Below, one piece after another: positions 34,101 through 42,632 of a stretch of DNA of 64,000 bases. The notes under the pieces are model-generated. The model was not told the origin of the DNA. It ran no database searches and saw only the letters and a list, made by a program, of their open reading frames with translations. Origin of the DNA: Epithemia pelagica (Eukaryota > Protista > Bacillariophyta); contig OX337239.1 of NCBI GenBank assembly GCA_946965045.2, forward strand, positions 558,001-622,000, given 5' to 3'. A program made the position numbers and the translations under genes. The stretch's first letter is position 1; every line of letters begins with the position of its first letter.

Positions 34101-37100
34101 TGTTGAGATGCGCCTGAAAGACCACATCGATGTGGCCGCTGGCGTGATCAACAAAGATGCATCCTCCGCAAAACATTTTCTCATCTTTTGTCTTTCCTTT
34201 CGACGTAAACAATCTACCTTTCGTGGAGCAAATAAAGTGGTCCACCGACACACTTTGGCCCGGAAACAGGTCGTTGTTTTTGAGGGCACCGTCACGGTCG
34301 AGAACTTTGGTGACTGTTTGTCCTGGTGTTGACCGTTGTCGTTGCTTGCCGTATTGACAGGCGGCACACATGGGCGGACTCCGTAGTTTGCAGATGGCTG
34401 TGTGCAACTGACGGTTTGACGCAGAACGTGACAATACACCGGATTTAAAAAGGAATTGGATGGTGCGAAAGTTCATGTGGCAAAGTCGTTGGTGCCACCG
34501 AAGCCATTCCTTCTGTGGTTCGGTCAAGTTCAAGTTTCGTTCGTGGACGACGGTGACAGTGGTCACGAGTGCTCGGATGGATCGGTGGATTCCATCTTTT
34601 CCATAGCCATAGCAGGTGGGAAGGTTGTTGGTCGGATTGATGGTTGCAAAGACCGGGGTCCGAGTAGAGTCGTCTTGTATCCCGCTGAGAGTCAATCCGC
34701 AGTCTTGAAGGGTGATGGTTTCTCCGGGGTATTGTTGGAGGAGATGTGTTGTGCTCAACAATCTACAATTGGCCGATGGGATGAACAAGGCCAAGAGTTT
34801 GAGGGTGCGGAGATTGCCTCTGGTGTCCATGACGGACCAGTGGACGGTGCCGAGTCCGTTGATTGGGACGCCTTGGGCAACACCTTTGAGTTGCAGGTCT
34901 GGTCGTACTTTTCGGATCGATCCAACAAAATCGGACTTGGTGTTTGACACAGCAATACTCGCTCCAGAGTCCCAGATGATGGGGAAACTGGATGAGTTTT
35001 GGTTTTCCATGGCGGATCTGAATTTGGCTGGAGCTTGGAGGGCCATTTTCAAGGCTTCACTTTCTCCGAGTTGGTTAATGAGGGCGCAAAGTTGAGGTTC
35101 GGAGATGGAGTCTTGGTGGGATGGTCCATGGGTGCGCTGCTGGTTGCCTCGTCGTTGGCGTCGTCGGTGTCGATTGGAACGGTTTGGATGGCGTGCCCTC
35201 TGTGGAGCACCATTGTTTGGTGGACTCTCTCCCTCTGGTGTGGAGCAGAGGTTGGGGCAGTGGTGGATCCACCATGTACGAAACGACGCAACAAACCATT
35301 CGGCCAGAGAAGAGCATGCACGTGATGAAGCATGGCTCATCATTGGGTGTGCCCAAGGGTGCCGGCGAGGACGGAGATGGTGGTTGGAGCGGGGAAGGAG
35401 CCGATGTGTGAGGAGAAATTCACCAATCCACGAGAGGGTCAAGGGAATACAGCAGCCATAGTACCACAGATGGTGGAAAAAGACGGTTGGTTGGAGCCAT
35501 GAAAGGGAGGCCACGATAAGAGCGGAAAACGAAACAATCAAACTGAATTGGGAGGCCAAGGGATCTTGGTGCCGATTCCGAGGATATCGTGGTCGGGAGA
35601 CAGGGGGACGCCTCGACGGTGGTTGTTTGTTTGGTTGGGTGGTTGGTCGAACACATGCGAAGTTGGCATGAGGTTCGAACTTAATGCGTTTGCTCGGGGG
35701 TGGATCAGGGATGCACGTGTTTTCACACTGCATTTGGGTGGCTGTGTAGTGGGGATTGGTGGCCATTTCCCAAGCGAAGGTGTACTGGATGCTCAAAGGA
35801 GGATCGAGGGCACCGAGCCTGGAGTTGGGGACGGATTCATCATGGCGGAGAGTCTCGAGATGGAAGCGGACACTTGTTCGGGCTTGCTCGAGTTGGGCTC
35901 GGAGAGGAGAGAGCTGGGAAAGGTCTTCTTCCTTGTTGATGGCCGAGTGCACGTGGATGAGTCGGGCGACGGCTCGTTCCATGCATTGGATGCGGACTGC
36001 AGGATCGTCGGTGTCGAAGGTACGACGGGGACGGGTCGTGTGAGGCGGAGGTGAAGATGGCACAGCAGTGGGCTCGACCGGCGAGTAAAGACCAAGGGCA
36101 TTCGTGCGAGGGGTGGTTGGCTCGGCTGGCGCTGCAACAGCTGTTCGCCACGCGTCAAGATGGCGGTTGAACGGAGTTGGAGGGCGGGCCAGTGGCGCAC
36201 GTAGGGGGGTTCGGTCTTGGGGAGTACTGATGTCAGCAGAGTCGGTGGTCACACTAATACTACTTATAACAGATACAGTAGATGAATCCAAATTTTTGGC
36301 TGGTGTAGAACAAGTGGCTTCGTCGGTGTCAGAAGCCAAAAGATCGTAGGATGAGTCGTCGTCATGCGAAGGTGGATGCGAAGATTCGGTTGGTTCCCCA
36401 CTGTTGTTGCTGGTAACAGCAGCATCAGATGGAGTATCGGTGGTGGTCTGGGAGGTTGGTGCACCATTGGAGTCATCATCACGATCGGCATCGTGGTTTG
36501 GGTTGTGGTCGTCGTCGGGAGGAGGACCATGGGAGTCGTCATCGTCGATGGTGTCGTCGTCATCTTCATCATTGCCATCGTCGTCGTTGTTGCCATCAAC
36601 ATCGTCGTCATCTCCATCGACGTTGTTGTCATCGGCCGGAGGAGGGGAGATGATCATGGCCGAGGGAGAGGGGACGGGCAACGACACTTCGGTGGCGGTC
36701 GTGACGGCGGTTTCGTTGGCCGTAGTGGCCGTGGCGGAGCTGACACCGCTGTCGACGGTGTATTCGTCGAAGGAGGAGGAGGTGTCATCATGATGGTGGT
36801 CAGGGGGGACGACGTCTGCGGGGTCAATGGAGGCGATGTCTTCCCCTAGGAATGGAAAGTTGATGCATTCCAGGGGAAGACTGCCATAGTCGAATTCTAA
36901 AGTCATGGCCGATGGATGGCCGAAGGGACGACTAAAGGGAACGAAGGGACGGTTGTACGACGCGGTGGGGTGCGGTGTAGTGGGGATGTGACGGAAGGCA
37001 GCTTCGAAGTTGGCTTCACGTCGGTGGTCTGTCGACGTGGGGGTATGGTCCACGCGAGTGGGGACGGAGGTGACGGATGAATCGTTGGTGGTGTTTGCTT

Positions 37101-39246
37101 GGTGGGTACGACGGGGAGAACGGCCATGAGGAGCAGTGGACAGGGACAAAGTGGACATGTCGATGTCCAGGGCGTCAATGTTGCCGGGAGTTGGAGGTAG
37201 GAGGATGCTACGTGTGGAGGAGGCAACAGAGGTTTGTTCATGGTGTTCGTTGTCGTTCTTGTCTCCATCATTGGCGAAGGGTTTGCCATCGTCACTGGAG
37301 TCATCATCAAGACCAAGGTAACAATCAACGGTGTCGGAGCCATCACCAAAACAATCATCAGCAGCAATCCACAGGGGAGCGTCTTCACTTGGGGATGAGT
37401 TGGTGCTTGGAGGTTTGGAGGATGAGGAAAGGGAGACGGCGTCATCATCATCTTCTTTGTCGGTGGGGGAAAACTCATCCCAGAAGGAGTCAGGGATGGA
37501 GTTGGAGGAGGTTTCGTCGTTTGCGGGAGGAGGAGACGCGGTCTCGTTTTCGGTTTCGACTTGGTCGCTGCATTCGACGCAAACGAGCTCGTCCATGTCG
37601 ATGACCGCAGCCCAGGCGGAGGGGTCAAAGTCGACGGCCAGGGTGTGGGCTTGGGCTTGGCGGTTGTTTCGATTGTTGTTGTTGTTGCGGCGCCTGTTGG
37701 GAACGGGGCCATTGTGGGTGTCGGTGGTGTGGGTGGGCGTCCAACGTTCGCAGATACCACACCAGTTGTATGTTTTGCCATCGCTCTGTTTTTGGGTTGG
37801 TTGGTCACCGGTGGGTGCGATTTTCTTCCAGTTCGTGGATGAGGAGCTGTTGTTGCTGCGGTGGTTGTTGTTGCGAGCATTTCGTCCGCCTTGGTTGCCT
37901 CTTCCATCACGGCCACCACGGTTGGATCGTTGCTGGGAGTTGGATTGGGAGTTGGAGCGACGGTTGGAGTTTTGCCCGGAGTTCTGCTTGGAGGAACGCT
38001 GGGGGCAATCTTTGGCCCAGTGATCTGGGGCGCCACAAATCAGACAGGCTCCTTTTGTGAAAGCACCACCCATGTGCTGCCGAAGGGCCATTGCTTGAAC
38101 TTCAGTGAGTTTGCCGAAGACTTCGGGAGGAACCTTTGTATCTTTGTTGTTGCTCGACGGTGGCCAGGAGCCACGGTTGATTGCATCAGAGTACAAGGAG
38201 TCGGCCTTGTCGCAGATGTCTTTGAATGACAATTCGGCGGCTTCGAGATCGGCTTGTTGGTCCTGGTCCGATTTGTAACGGACTTCAAGAATCTTGGCTT
38301 GGATGAGCGGTTGGAGACTCAACAATCCAAGGTTGTAGAGGCTGTCTCCATTCGCAAGAGAGAACGCTTCTAAGATGCCAAGGGTCAAGGTTTGTTTGTA
38401 AAATCCGGAGGCAAACAAGTCTTCGCAATCTGCTTTCATGTCGGCCGCCATTTCCGTGATGTTTTGGCCGGCGTACATGAATGGGGTCCTGGAGGCGATC
38501 TTGGCGGCGAGTTTGTCATACTTGGTGACTGAATCAGACTGAAGAATGCTGATGAAAGTCATCCAGGTAAGGCAGAACGAGTCGTTGGAAGAGGTCTTGG
38601 TTTCAATTCGCTGGCGGAGCTTGAGGTCGACGGACTCCAAAAGGCACAGACGAGCGGCCGTGTCGTTTTCGGCGTCATATGTGTCAAACTGTTGGCAATG
38701 GGCCGCGGCGTTCTGTTGGACATGGCGCAGGGTGAAGCGAGTGTGCTCCTTCACAATATGGCGCATGCGGGTGTTGTCAGCGGGGTCAGGCATGTAGGCA
38801 ATGGTGTCCATGCCGCGGAGAATGAGTGTCTCGTCGAGACGCTTCATGAACTTGTGGAGGTTGTCGCCTTGGCGGAAACGATTCGACAATCCACCACAGC
38901 GGGTTTCGAAACCCGTGATGTCCTTGCCGAAACGACGTTGGTGAGGGGTGCGGGGAAAGGGGGTGGTTCCATTGAATGCGGCTGGATCCAGGCCTTTCCA
39001 ATTCGCTAGGGGCTTGCCACCAGTCCAGGCAGCCCATTTATACTCATCGAGTTGGACTAAACCGCCCATTCGAGGGCTTGGAGGCTTGAACGGGACGCGT
39101 TCGGTTGGTGCAGGGGCTGGAGGAGCAGTGGGAGGCATGGTTCCTTGGGTGGAGGAGTCGTCGGCACTTGGCTCAGCGGATGGATCGCTGGTGGTTTCTT
39201 CTTCACTGTCCGAGAGGAATTGGATTTCCTCTTCGATGGGGAGCAA
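31156..39246 (-). CDS. Gag-Pol polyprotein (2696 aa open frame; first ATG at 39138)
   Basis: CCHC knuckle CLICGAPDHWAKDC; protease IIWDSGAS; integrase HQRLCH...CAAC, VDHF, TDNG, NGVAER; RT KYKARYCVRG, LYGL, WVDD; RNase H YVDAD, HAEY, EDN, RADYLTK. Confidence 0.96.
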   Translation of the reverse strand: MLPIEEEIQFLSDSEEETTSDPSAEPSADDSSTQGTMPPTAPPAPAPTERVPFKPPSPRMGGLVQLDEYKWAAWTGGKPLANWKGLDPAAFNGTTPFPRTPHQRRFGKDITGFETRCGGLSNRFRQGDNLHKFMKRLDETLILRGMDTIAYMPDPADNTRMRHIVKEHTRFTLRHVQQNAAAHCQQFDTYDAENDTAARLCLLESVDLKLRQRIETKTSSNDSFCLTWMTFISILQSDSVTKYDKLAAKIASRTPFMYAGQNITEMAADMKADCEDLFASGFYKQTLTLGILEAFSLANGDSLYNLGLLSLQPLIQAKILEVRYKSDQDQQADLEAAELSFKDICDKADSLYSDAINRGSWPPSSNNKDTKVPPEVFGKLTEVQAMALRQHMGGAFTKGACLICGAPDHWAKDCPQRSSKQNSGQNSNRRSNSQSNSQQRSNRGGRDGRGNQGGRNARNNNHRSNNSSSSTNWKKIAPTGDQPTQKQSDGKTYNWCGICERWTPTHTTDTHNGPVPNRRRNNNNNRNNRQAQAHTLAVDFDPSAWAAVIDMDELVCVECSDQVETENETASPPPANDETSSNSIPDSFWDEFSPTDKEDDDDAVSLSSSSKPPSTNSSPSEDAPLWIAADDCFGDGSDTVDCYLGLDDDSSDDGKPFANDGDKNDNEHHEQTSVASSTRSILLPPTPGNIDALDIDMSTLSLSTAPHGRSPRRTHQANTTNDSSVTSVPTRVDHTPTSTDHRREANFEAAFRHIPTTPHPTASYNRPFVPFSRPFGHPSAMTLEFDYGSLPLECINFPFLGEDIASIDPADVVPPDHHHDDTSSSFDEYTVDSGVSSATATTANETAVTTATEVSLPVPSPSAMIISPPPADDNNVDGDDDDVDGNNDDDGNDEDDDDTIDDDDSHGPPPDDDHNPNHDADRDDDSNGAPTSQTTTDTPSDAAVTSNNSGEPTESSHPPSHDDDSSYDLLASDTDEATCSTPAKNLDSSTVSVISSISVTTDSADISTPQDRTPLRAPLARPPTPFNRHLDAWRTAVAAPAEPTTPRTNALGLYSPVEPTAVPSSPPPHTTRPRRTFDTDDPAVRIQCMERAVARLIHVHSAINKEEDLSQLSPLRAQLEQARTSVRFHLETLRHDESVPNSRLGALDPPLSIQYTFAWEMATNPHYTATQMQCENTCIPDPPPSKRIKFEPHANFACVRPTTQPNKQPPSRRPPVSRPRYPRNRHQDPLASQFSLIVSFSALIVASLSWLQPTVFFHHLWYYGCCIPLTLSWIGEFLLTHRLLPRSNHHLRPRRHPWAHPMMSHASSRACSSLAEWFVASFRTWWIHHCPNLCSTPEGESPPNNGAPQRARHPNRSNRHRRRQRRGNQQRTHGPSHQDSISEPQLCALINQLGESEALKMALQAPAKFRSAMENQNSSSFPIIWDSGASIAVSNTKSDFVGSIRKVRPDLQLKGVAQGVPINGLGTVHWSVMDTRGNLRTLKLLALFIPSANCRLLSTTHLLQQYPGETITLQDCGLTLSGIQDDSTRTPVFATINPTNNLPTCYGYGKDGIHRSIRALVTTVTVVHERNLNLTEPQKEWLRWHQRLCHMNFRTIQFLFKSGVLSRSASNRQLHTAICKLRSPPMCAACQYGKQRQRSTPGQTVTKVLDRDGALKNNDLFPGQSVSVDHFICSTKGRLFTSKGKTKDEKMFCGGCIFVDHASGHIDVVFQAHLNTHETLNAKLTFEQRCKDVGVVPQRYHTDNGSCFTAQDYTRQLETFAQIRSYAGVGAHHQNGVAERAIQTIMSMARTMMLHASIHWPETADPTLWPMAVSHAVFVFNHVPNPSTGVSPHDIFSRTRWPQKRLHDLHVWGAPVYVLEKRIADGKKLPRWKPRSQRGMNMGLSPNHATTAPLVLNLSTGAITPQYHVVFDDWFATVPTPADNNNTEDISRLDSVFGDMTNHLHSPGYDNDDCVDDAVTSAPLAAVNHRSEDNIFTSMERTVPSVPLSVDTPAVSVPRTPPATPTTQPSTTALSRLAPSVSAPLPSPPPVPPPNTPVRDVPPRAATPPRPQPAVSFSEPLVLPSPSSPVPVHSEQRENPAPLSPLRVAPASNPSSPQRESLSSRQPSSQREPPSQRETPSDPPSDAPSARRSNRVRRSPSRLIENMDAAQQSYVANQAEFDDISGFKVAISDPDTLSYEQARQDKDIDHWREAARIEIEELTSKGTWSEVPEEEATSRIIPGTWVFKRKRHPDGTIKKYKARYCVRGDLQEGDFDTYSPVVNWASIRIALVLALARNWAMVCIDFNNAFVQAELKDPVWIHIPRGFSSTKTTKTCLRLHKSLYGLSVAPRLWYQRLRHALLDDGFTQSKFDECVFLKENMMVFLWVDDCGIIAPTMDAINEFVKRLKARGFELSVDSDFAEYLGIHFTRKDGTITMTQPGLIKKIVEATGMTNCNGNFVPASQACLGSDPDGPPMKEKWNYRSIVGMLLYLSTNTRPDISFAVSQVARFSTNPKQSHAQAIKMIVRYLWRTVDCGTIFRPTTAFKVDCYVDADFMGLHGRESEDEPISAKSRTGYIIHFGGCPLVWKSQLQSEIATSTFHAEYVALSQSMRVVVWLQDILFEINHHLDLGTDSPTIFAEVHEDNNSAYLLANNQRLSSRSRSLNNKYHWFWEAVKGTNATVRISKIETTMQRADYLTKGLCRDVFERIRKLNQGW

Positions 39247-39408
39247 GGTGAAGCTTCCTAGGGAACGGGGAGAGTCGTCTTCACGTGGGGAGGACGACAG
39301 CTTGCAAGGGAGGGGGGCGGCCGGAGGGGAGATTCAGGCGGCGAGAGGGTTCGAACGGATAGGCAAGAGCTTAGAGGCAAAGGATGCGTGAGCGGGTAAG
39401 GCAGTAAA

Positions 39409-39422
39409 GGGCGTAATAACCA
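39409..39422 (-). promoter_or_regulatory. Putative primer-binding site (T)GGTTATTACGCCC of element 3
   Basis: Abuts the 5' LTR end GACT, with TGG overlapping the last LTR base; cognate tRNA not identified. Confidence 0.5.
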
Positions 39423-39800
39423 GTCAAAGTACACAGGATACTCTGTAGTAGCTAGGGACAGTACCTATATTGGCGTGGAGGTGATCAAGTCTCCACGACA
39501 ATACACTAGAGAAGTTGTTTCACAACTTTCTGTTTGTTGATACTGTGCGCTCTAGGTTTAGGAACTACATTCGATTCCTCATTTGATTCCTCACGAGGAA
39601 TCAATTCCTCATTTACTCATGGAGGTTAGTTTGGAACCATTGATGCCAATGGCTAGAGCTTGGTTACTATGCGACGGGCAATGCCTTCTCTGGTAGTAAG
39701 GCATTGCTCTTGGATACATAAAGGGGACACGATTCTATGTCTCACAGATTCAAATCGTGACTGCCATATCGCCTGTCCGTCACACTGATTAACCGCGACT
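39422..39800 (-). repeat. 5' LTR of element 3
   Basis: Direct repeat of 30736-31114. Confidence 0.95.
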
Positions 39801-40459
39801 CAGCCTTTCGCTCAAGACGGGTCGATAAATTTGAAGCAGCCCACTTCAAGAAAGGTAGCACGACGAGAAACTTGTGAAATAACGTCTTCTCCAATGATAT
39901 GCTGTGGAAACTCGTCAGAACGTTCTCCTGCTAAAATTGAGGTCATACTGCAACAGTCACTTGTGCAGTGCTTTTACCAGAAGCTCCATCATCCGCCACT
40001 TTCTACTTCAACGAATGGAAACACCAGAATCTATCACTGGTTCATTACTTGTAGAAGCCGAAACCACGAGCAATCTCTCCTCATCGAACCTGGTCCCATT
40101 GCGAGCAACAAGACATCATCGATGAGGATAGACATGACGGATTCTGCCCGTATGAGCAGCAAAGATTCGGTCATATGAGGTAAAGTTCATAGGCCGAGCA
40201 CATCACGTCTCTTGATCCTGGATCCAGGAGCCATTCGACAGACCAGAACAGGAACCCAGAATGCTCCTATTCGTCTGAGTTCAGTATGAACGGGACGGGT
40301 GGGCCGTAAGGCTTGGGGCCTGGGGTGGGAATTTCCAGAAAGACCAGCTGTACCGAAAACGGACGGACACTAGAGTAAAAAGTACAATTGAGCAAACATG
40401 GCGCACAAGGTCCAGGTAGCACGAGGAGGGGAGTCCTAAGCACCTCTCGGGGGGATGCG

Positions 40460-42525
40460 TCATTTGAAGCCATTTTCATCTCTTGTGTTTCGTTTTGATT
40501 TACGATGATATTCGTGCACAGCCCACAGGACGGCCAAGGCAACCCGGACGCCCATGACAAGGCCCATGCCCACCACAAACACAGCAGATACTAGTGTTTG
40601 AAAGGATGATCCTCCATCATGAGCTTTAATGTCTTGCGTGGAGGATTCCACGATGGAGAAGAAGGAAATATTCCAAATGGCTGCCCCAGGAACCAGCAAG
40701 TAGAGAGAGGGAGCGAGACAAAACCACAAGTCGCCAAGTTGATATTGGAATTTGTCGTTCCTTCGATATCCATGCCTCCCTTGATCTGCCCAACCGTGAT
40801 CTACAAATCGGATTACACTCGAGCGTCGCTTTTGACCTCGGGAAGTAGAGACGACTGAGCCGTTGGGATTCATCCAAGAAGGTTTAGTAGCGACCTCCTG
40901 TATGGACTGCTTGATATCACGGCGTCTATCAAGTTTCTTCATGAGAAAGGCTGTTGGGGCTATGGACATTTCGGTGAGGTTGTACTTGTTGAATAGTACA
41001 ATCAAAATGTGTGCTGTGATGGTTGCGACAAGGGCAGGGACAAAGTTGCTCACAAAGATTGGCTGTTTCCACACAAACGACAAGAGATATTGAGATTTCA
41101 CCGCCAAAAGCTGCGTCACGAGGCATATCGGCCAGTGAATTGTCGCAGTACGTAAATGCATCAATGCTCCAATCGAAAGGAGGGGATAGATGAAGCAATA
41201 CCAGACAGGATCCACCGAATTTGATAGGTTTGAGCAATTGTTATTCACATCCAGTCCATCGAATCTGGAGGGACCACCAAACTTGGCCAGCCATAAACCA
41301 ATAGCTACTCCAAAGGCTAACTCAAACGTTTTCAATATGGCGAGACAAAAGCGTGTTAAACCTGTCATGACCAAGTCTTGTGTGATCTCGTACAGACTCA
41401 AGACAAAGGCAATGCCGTTGTGGAAGCCAAATAGTGTACCCAGTACTTGTGCGCGAAAGCATACCGACCCTGGAAATAACACCACTGACAAAGTTGACTG
41501 CCGTTTCGGATAAAACAAATGCAGAGAGGAATCATGTCGGTCATCAGCCACGTCAATTTTGTAAACAAGAACAAGCGAGAGGAACGATGACAGTGGATAA
41601 GCCTTCAACTTACTATGTTGGTTGTTGTGGCAGCGATCAAAATCGGCTGTATCCCAGACAATTGAGGATAGACAGAGGTGAGGAAGCAGAATGATCCAGC
41701 CGTGGTTCCTGTCAAGAGACAAACCACAAAGTCCACCATAGTCCCACCATAGTATACAACGGAACCACAAGATGCGAGAACCGAGAAAACAACAACACGA
41801 CCAGGATACTGTCGATACCATCGTTCCATCTCATGGATCTTATTGCCTTGTTGTTCATGAAAATCACTCACTGTGTGTTGGTGTGATTGTGTTATTGTGG
41901 AAGATGATGTACTTTCGATTTGCTCCAAACACTTTTGAATTCCCTGTATCCCAGCCAAAACTGATATAGAGTCTTCAAGGACACCCAGCGCAATCCGTGA
42001 TAGCTCTTGCATGGCATATCCATCATAGTCAGAAGTGAAGCGATGATAAGTCATAACAGTTCCATGTTGATACGTCCATCGAGTTGCCGCAATTTCAAGC
42101 TCCAAATCCAGTGCTCCAACATTCAATTTCTTTCTTAGTTCATCCACGAAGGAACGCGTTAAGAAGGAAGCGTACCCTACTCGAAGCATGGAATCGGCTA
42201 GGTGAATGACAAAAAGAATGGCGCAGATATCCTCTGGTGATAGGTCTCCCATGTTTTGCAAGCGTTCCACGAAGGGTCGTAATTTGCGTGGAATCAAAAT
42301 GTCCTGAAGATGACCTGAGGAGACGGAAGCACCAGATTCCATTGCCGAATCATCACTTGTTGAAGCCGAAACGACGAGCGGTCTCGCGTCATTGGACCCG
42401 GTCCCATAGCTGTAGCTTGTGTGCAACAAGGGATCATCAACAAGAGACATGGCGGATTCGCCGCCTACCATCGTTGTGCGATGATGCGATGATGCGCAAA
42501 AAGATCCAAAACCGAGATCCATCAT
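40460..42525 (-). CDS. ThrE/DUF1212-like putative threonine/serine exporter (~649 aa), copy 1
   Basis: Exons 42525-41614 and 41497-40460 join in frame; YP...YYGGTMVDFVVCLLTG, VLFPG...ELAFGVAIG and many hydrophobic helices resemble ThrE family motifs. Confidence 0.7.
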
Positions 42526-42632
42526 GATACTAAAGGCGACTAATTGGTCCTATTCAGTCGCTTAAATAGCAAGAAATGAGGAAGTAGTTCATAGTTTATG
42601 ATCATAGCAAATTAATCATAGTATTAAACCTC

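Larger units (their letters stand above)
30736..39800 (-). mobile_element. Autonomous Ty1/copia LTR retrotransposon, element 3, with AGTC...GACT ends
   Basis: 379-bp LTRs at 30736-31114 and 39422-39800; TSD CAGCC at 30731-30735 and 39801-39805; empty site GAGAAACAGCCTTTCG near 45955-45970; PPT CAAGAGGGAG (minus, 31115-31124). Confidence 0.95.

Noticed and set aside
35411-35551. Calling the hydrophobic segment an env gene
   Set aside because: Wrong position (inside Gag-Pol), no separate ORF, signal peptide or furin/fusion pattern
31165-39391. Many plus-strand ORFs of 100-230 aa antisense to the element 3 polyprotein
   Set aside because: Expected shadows of a GC-rich, low-complexity coding strand
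39801-39802. Apparent canonical TG start (CA on the plus strand) for element 3
   Set aside because: These bases belong to the TSD; the other LTR has no TG at that position
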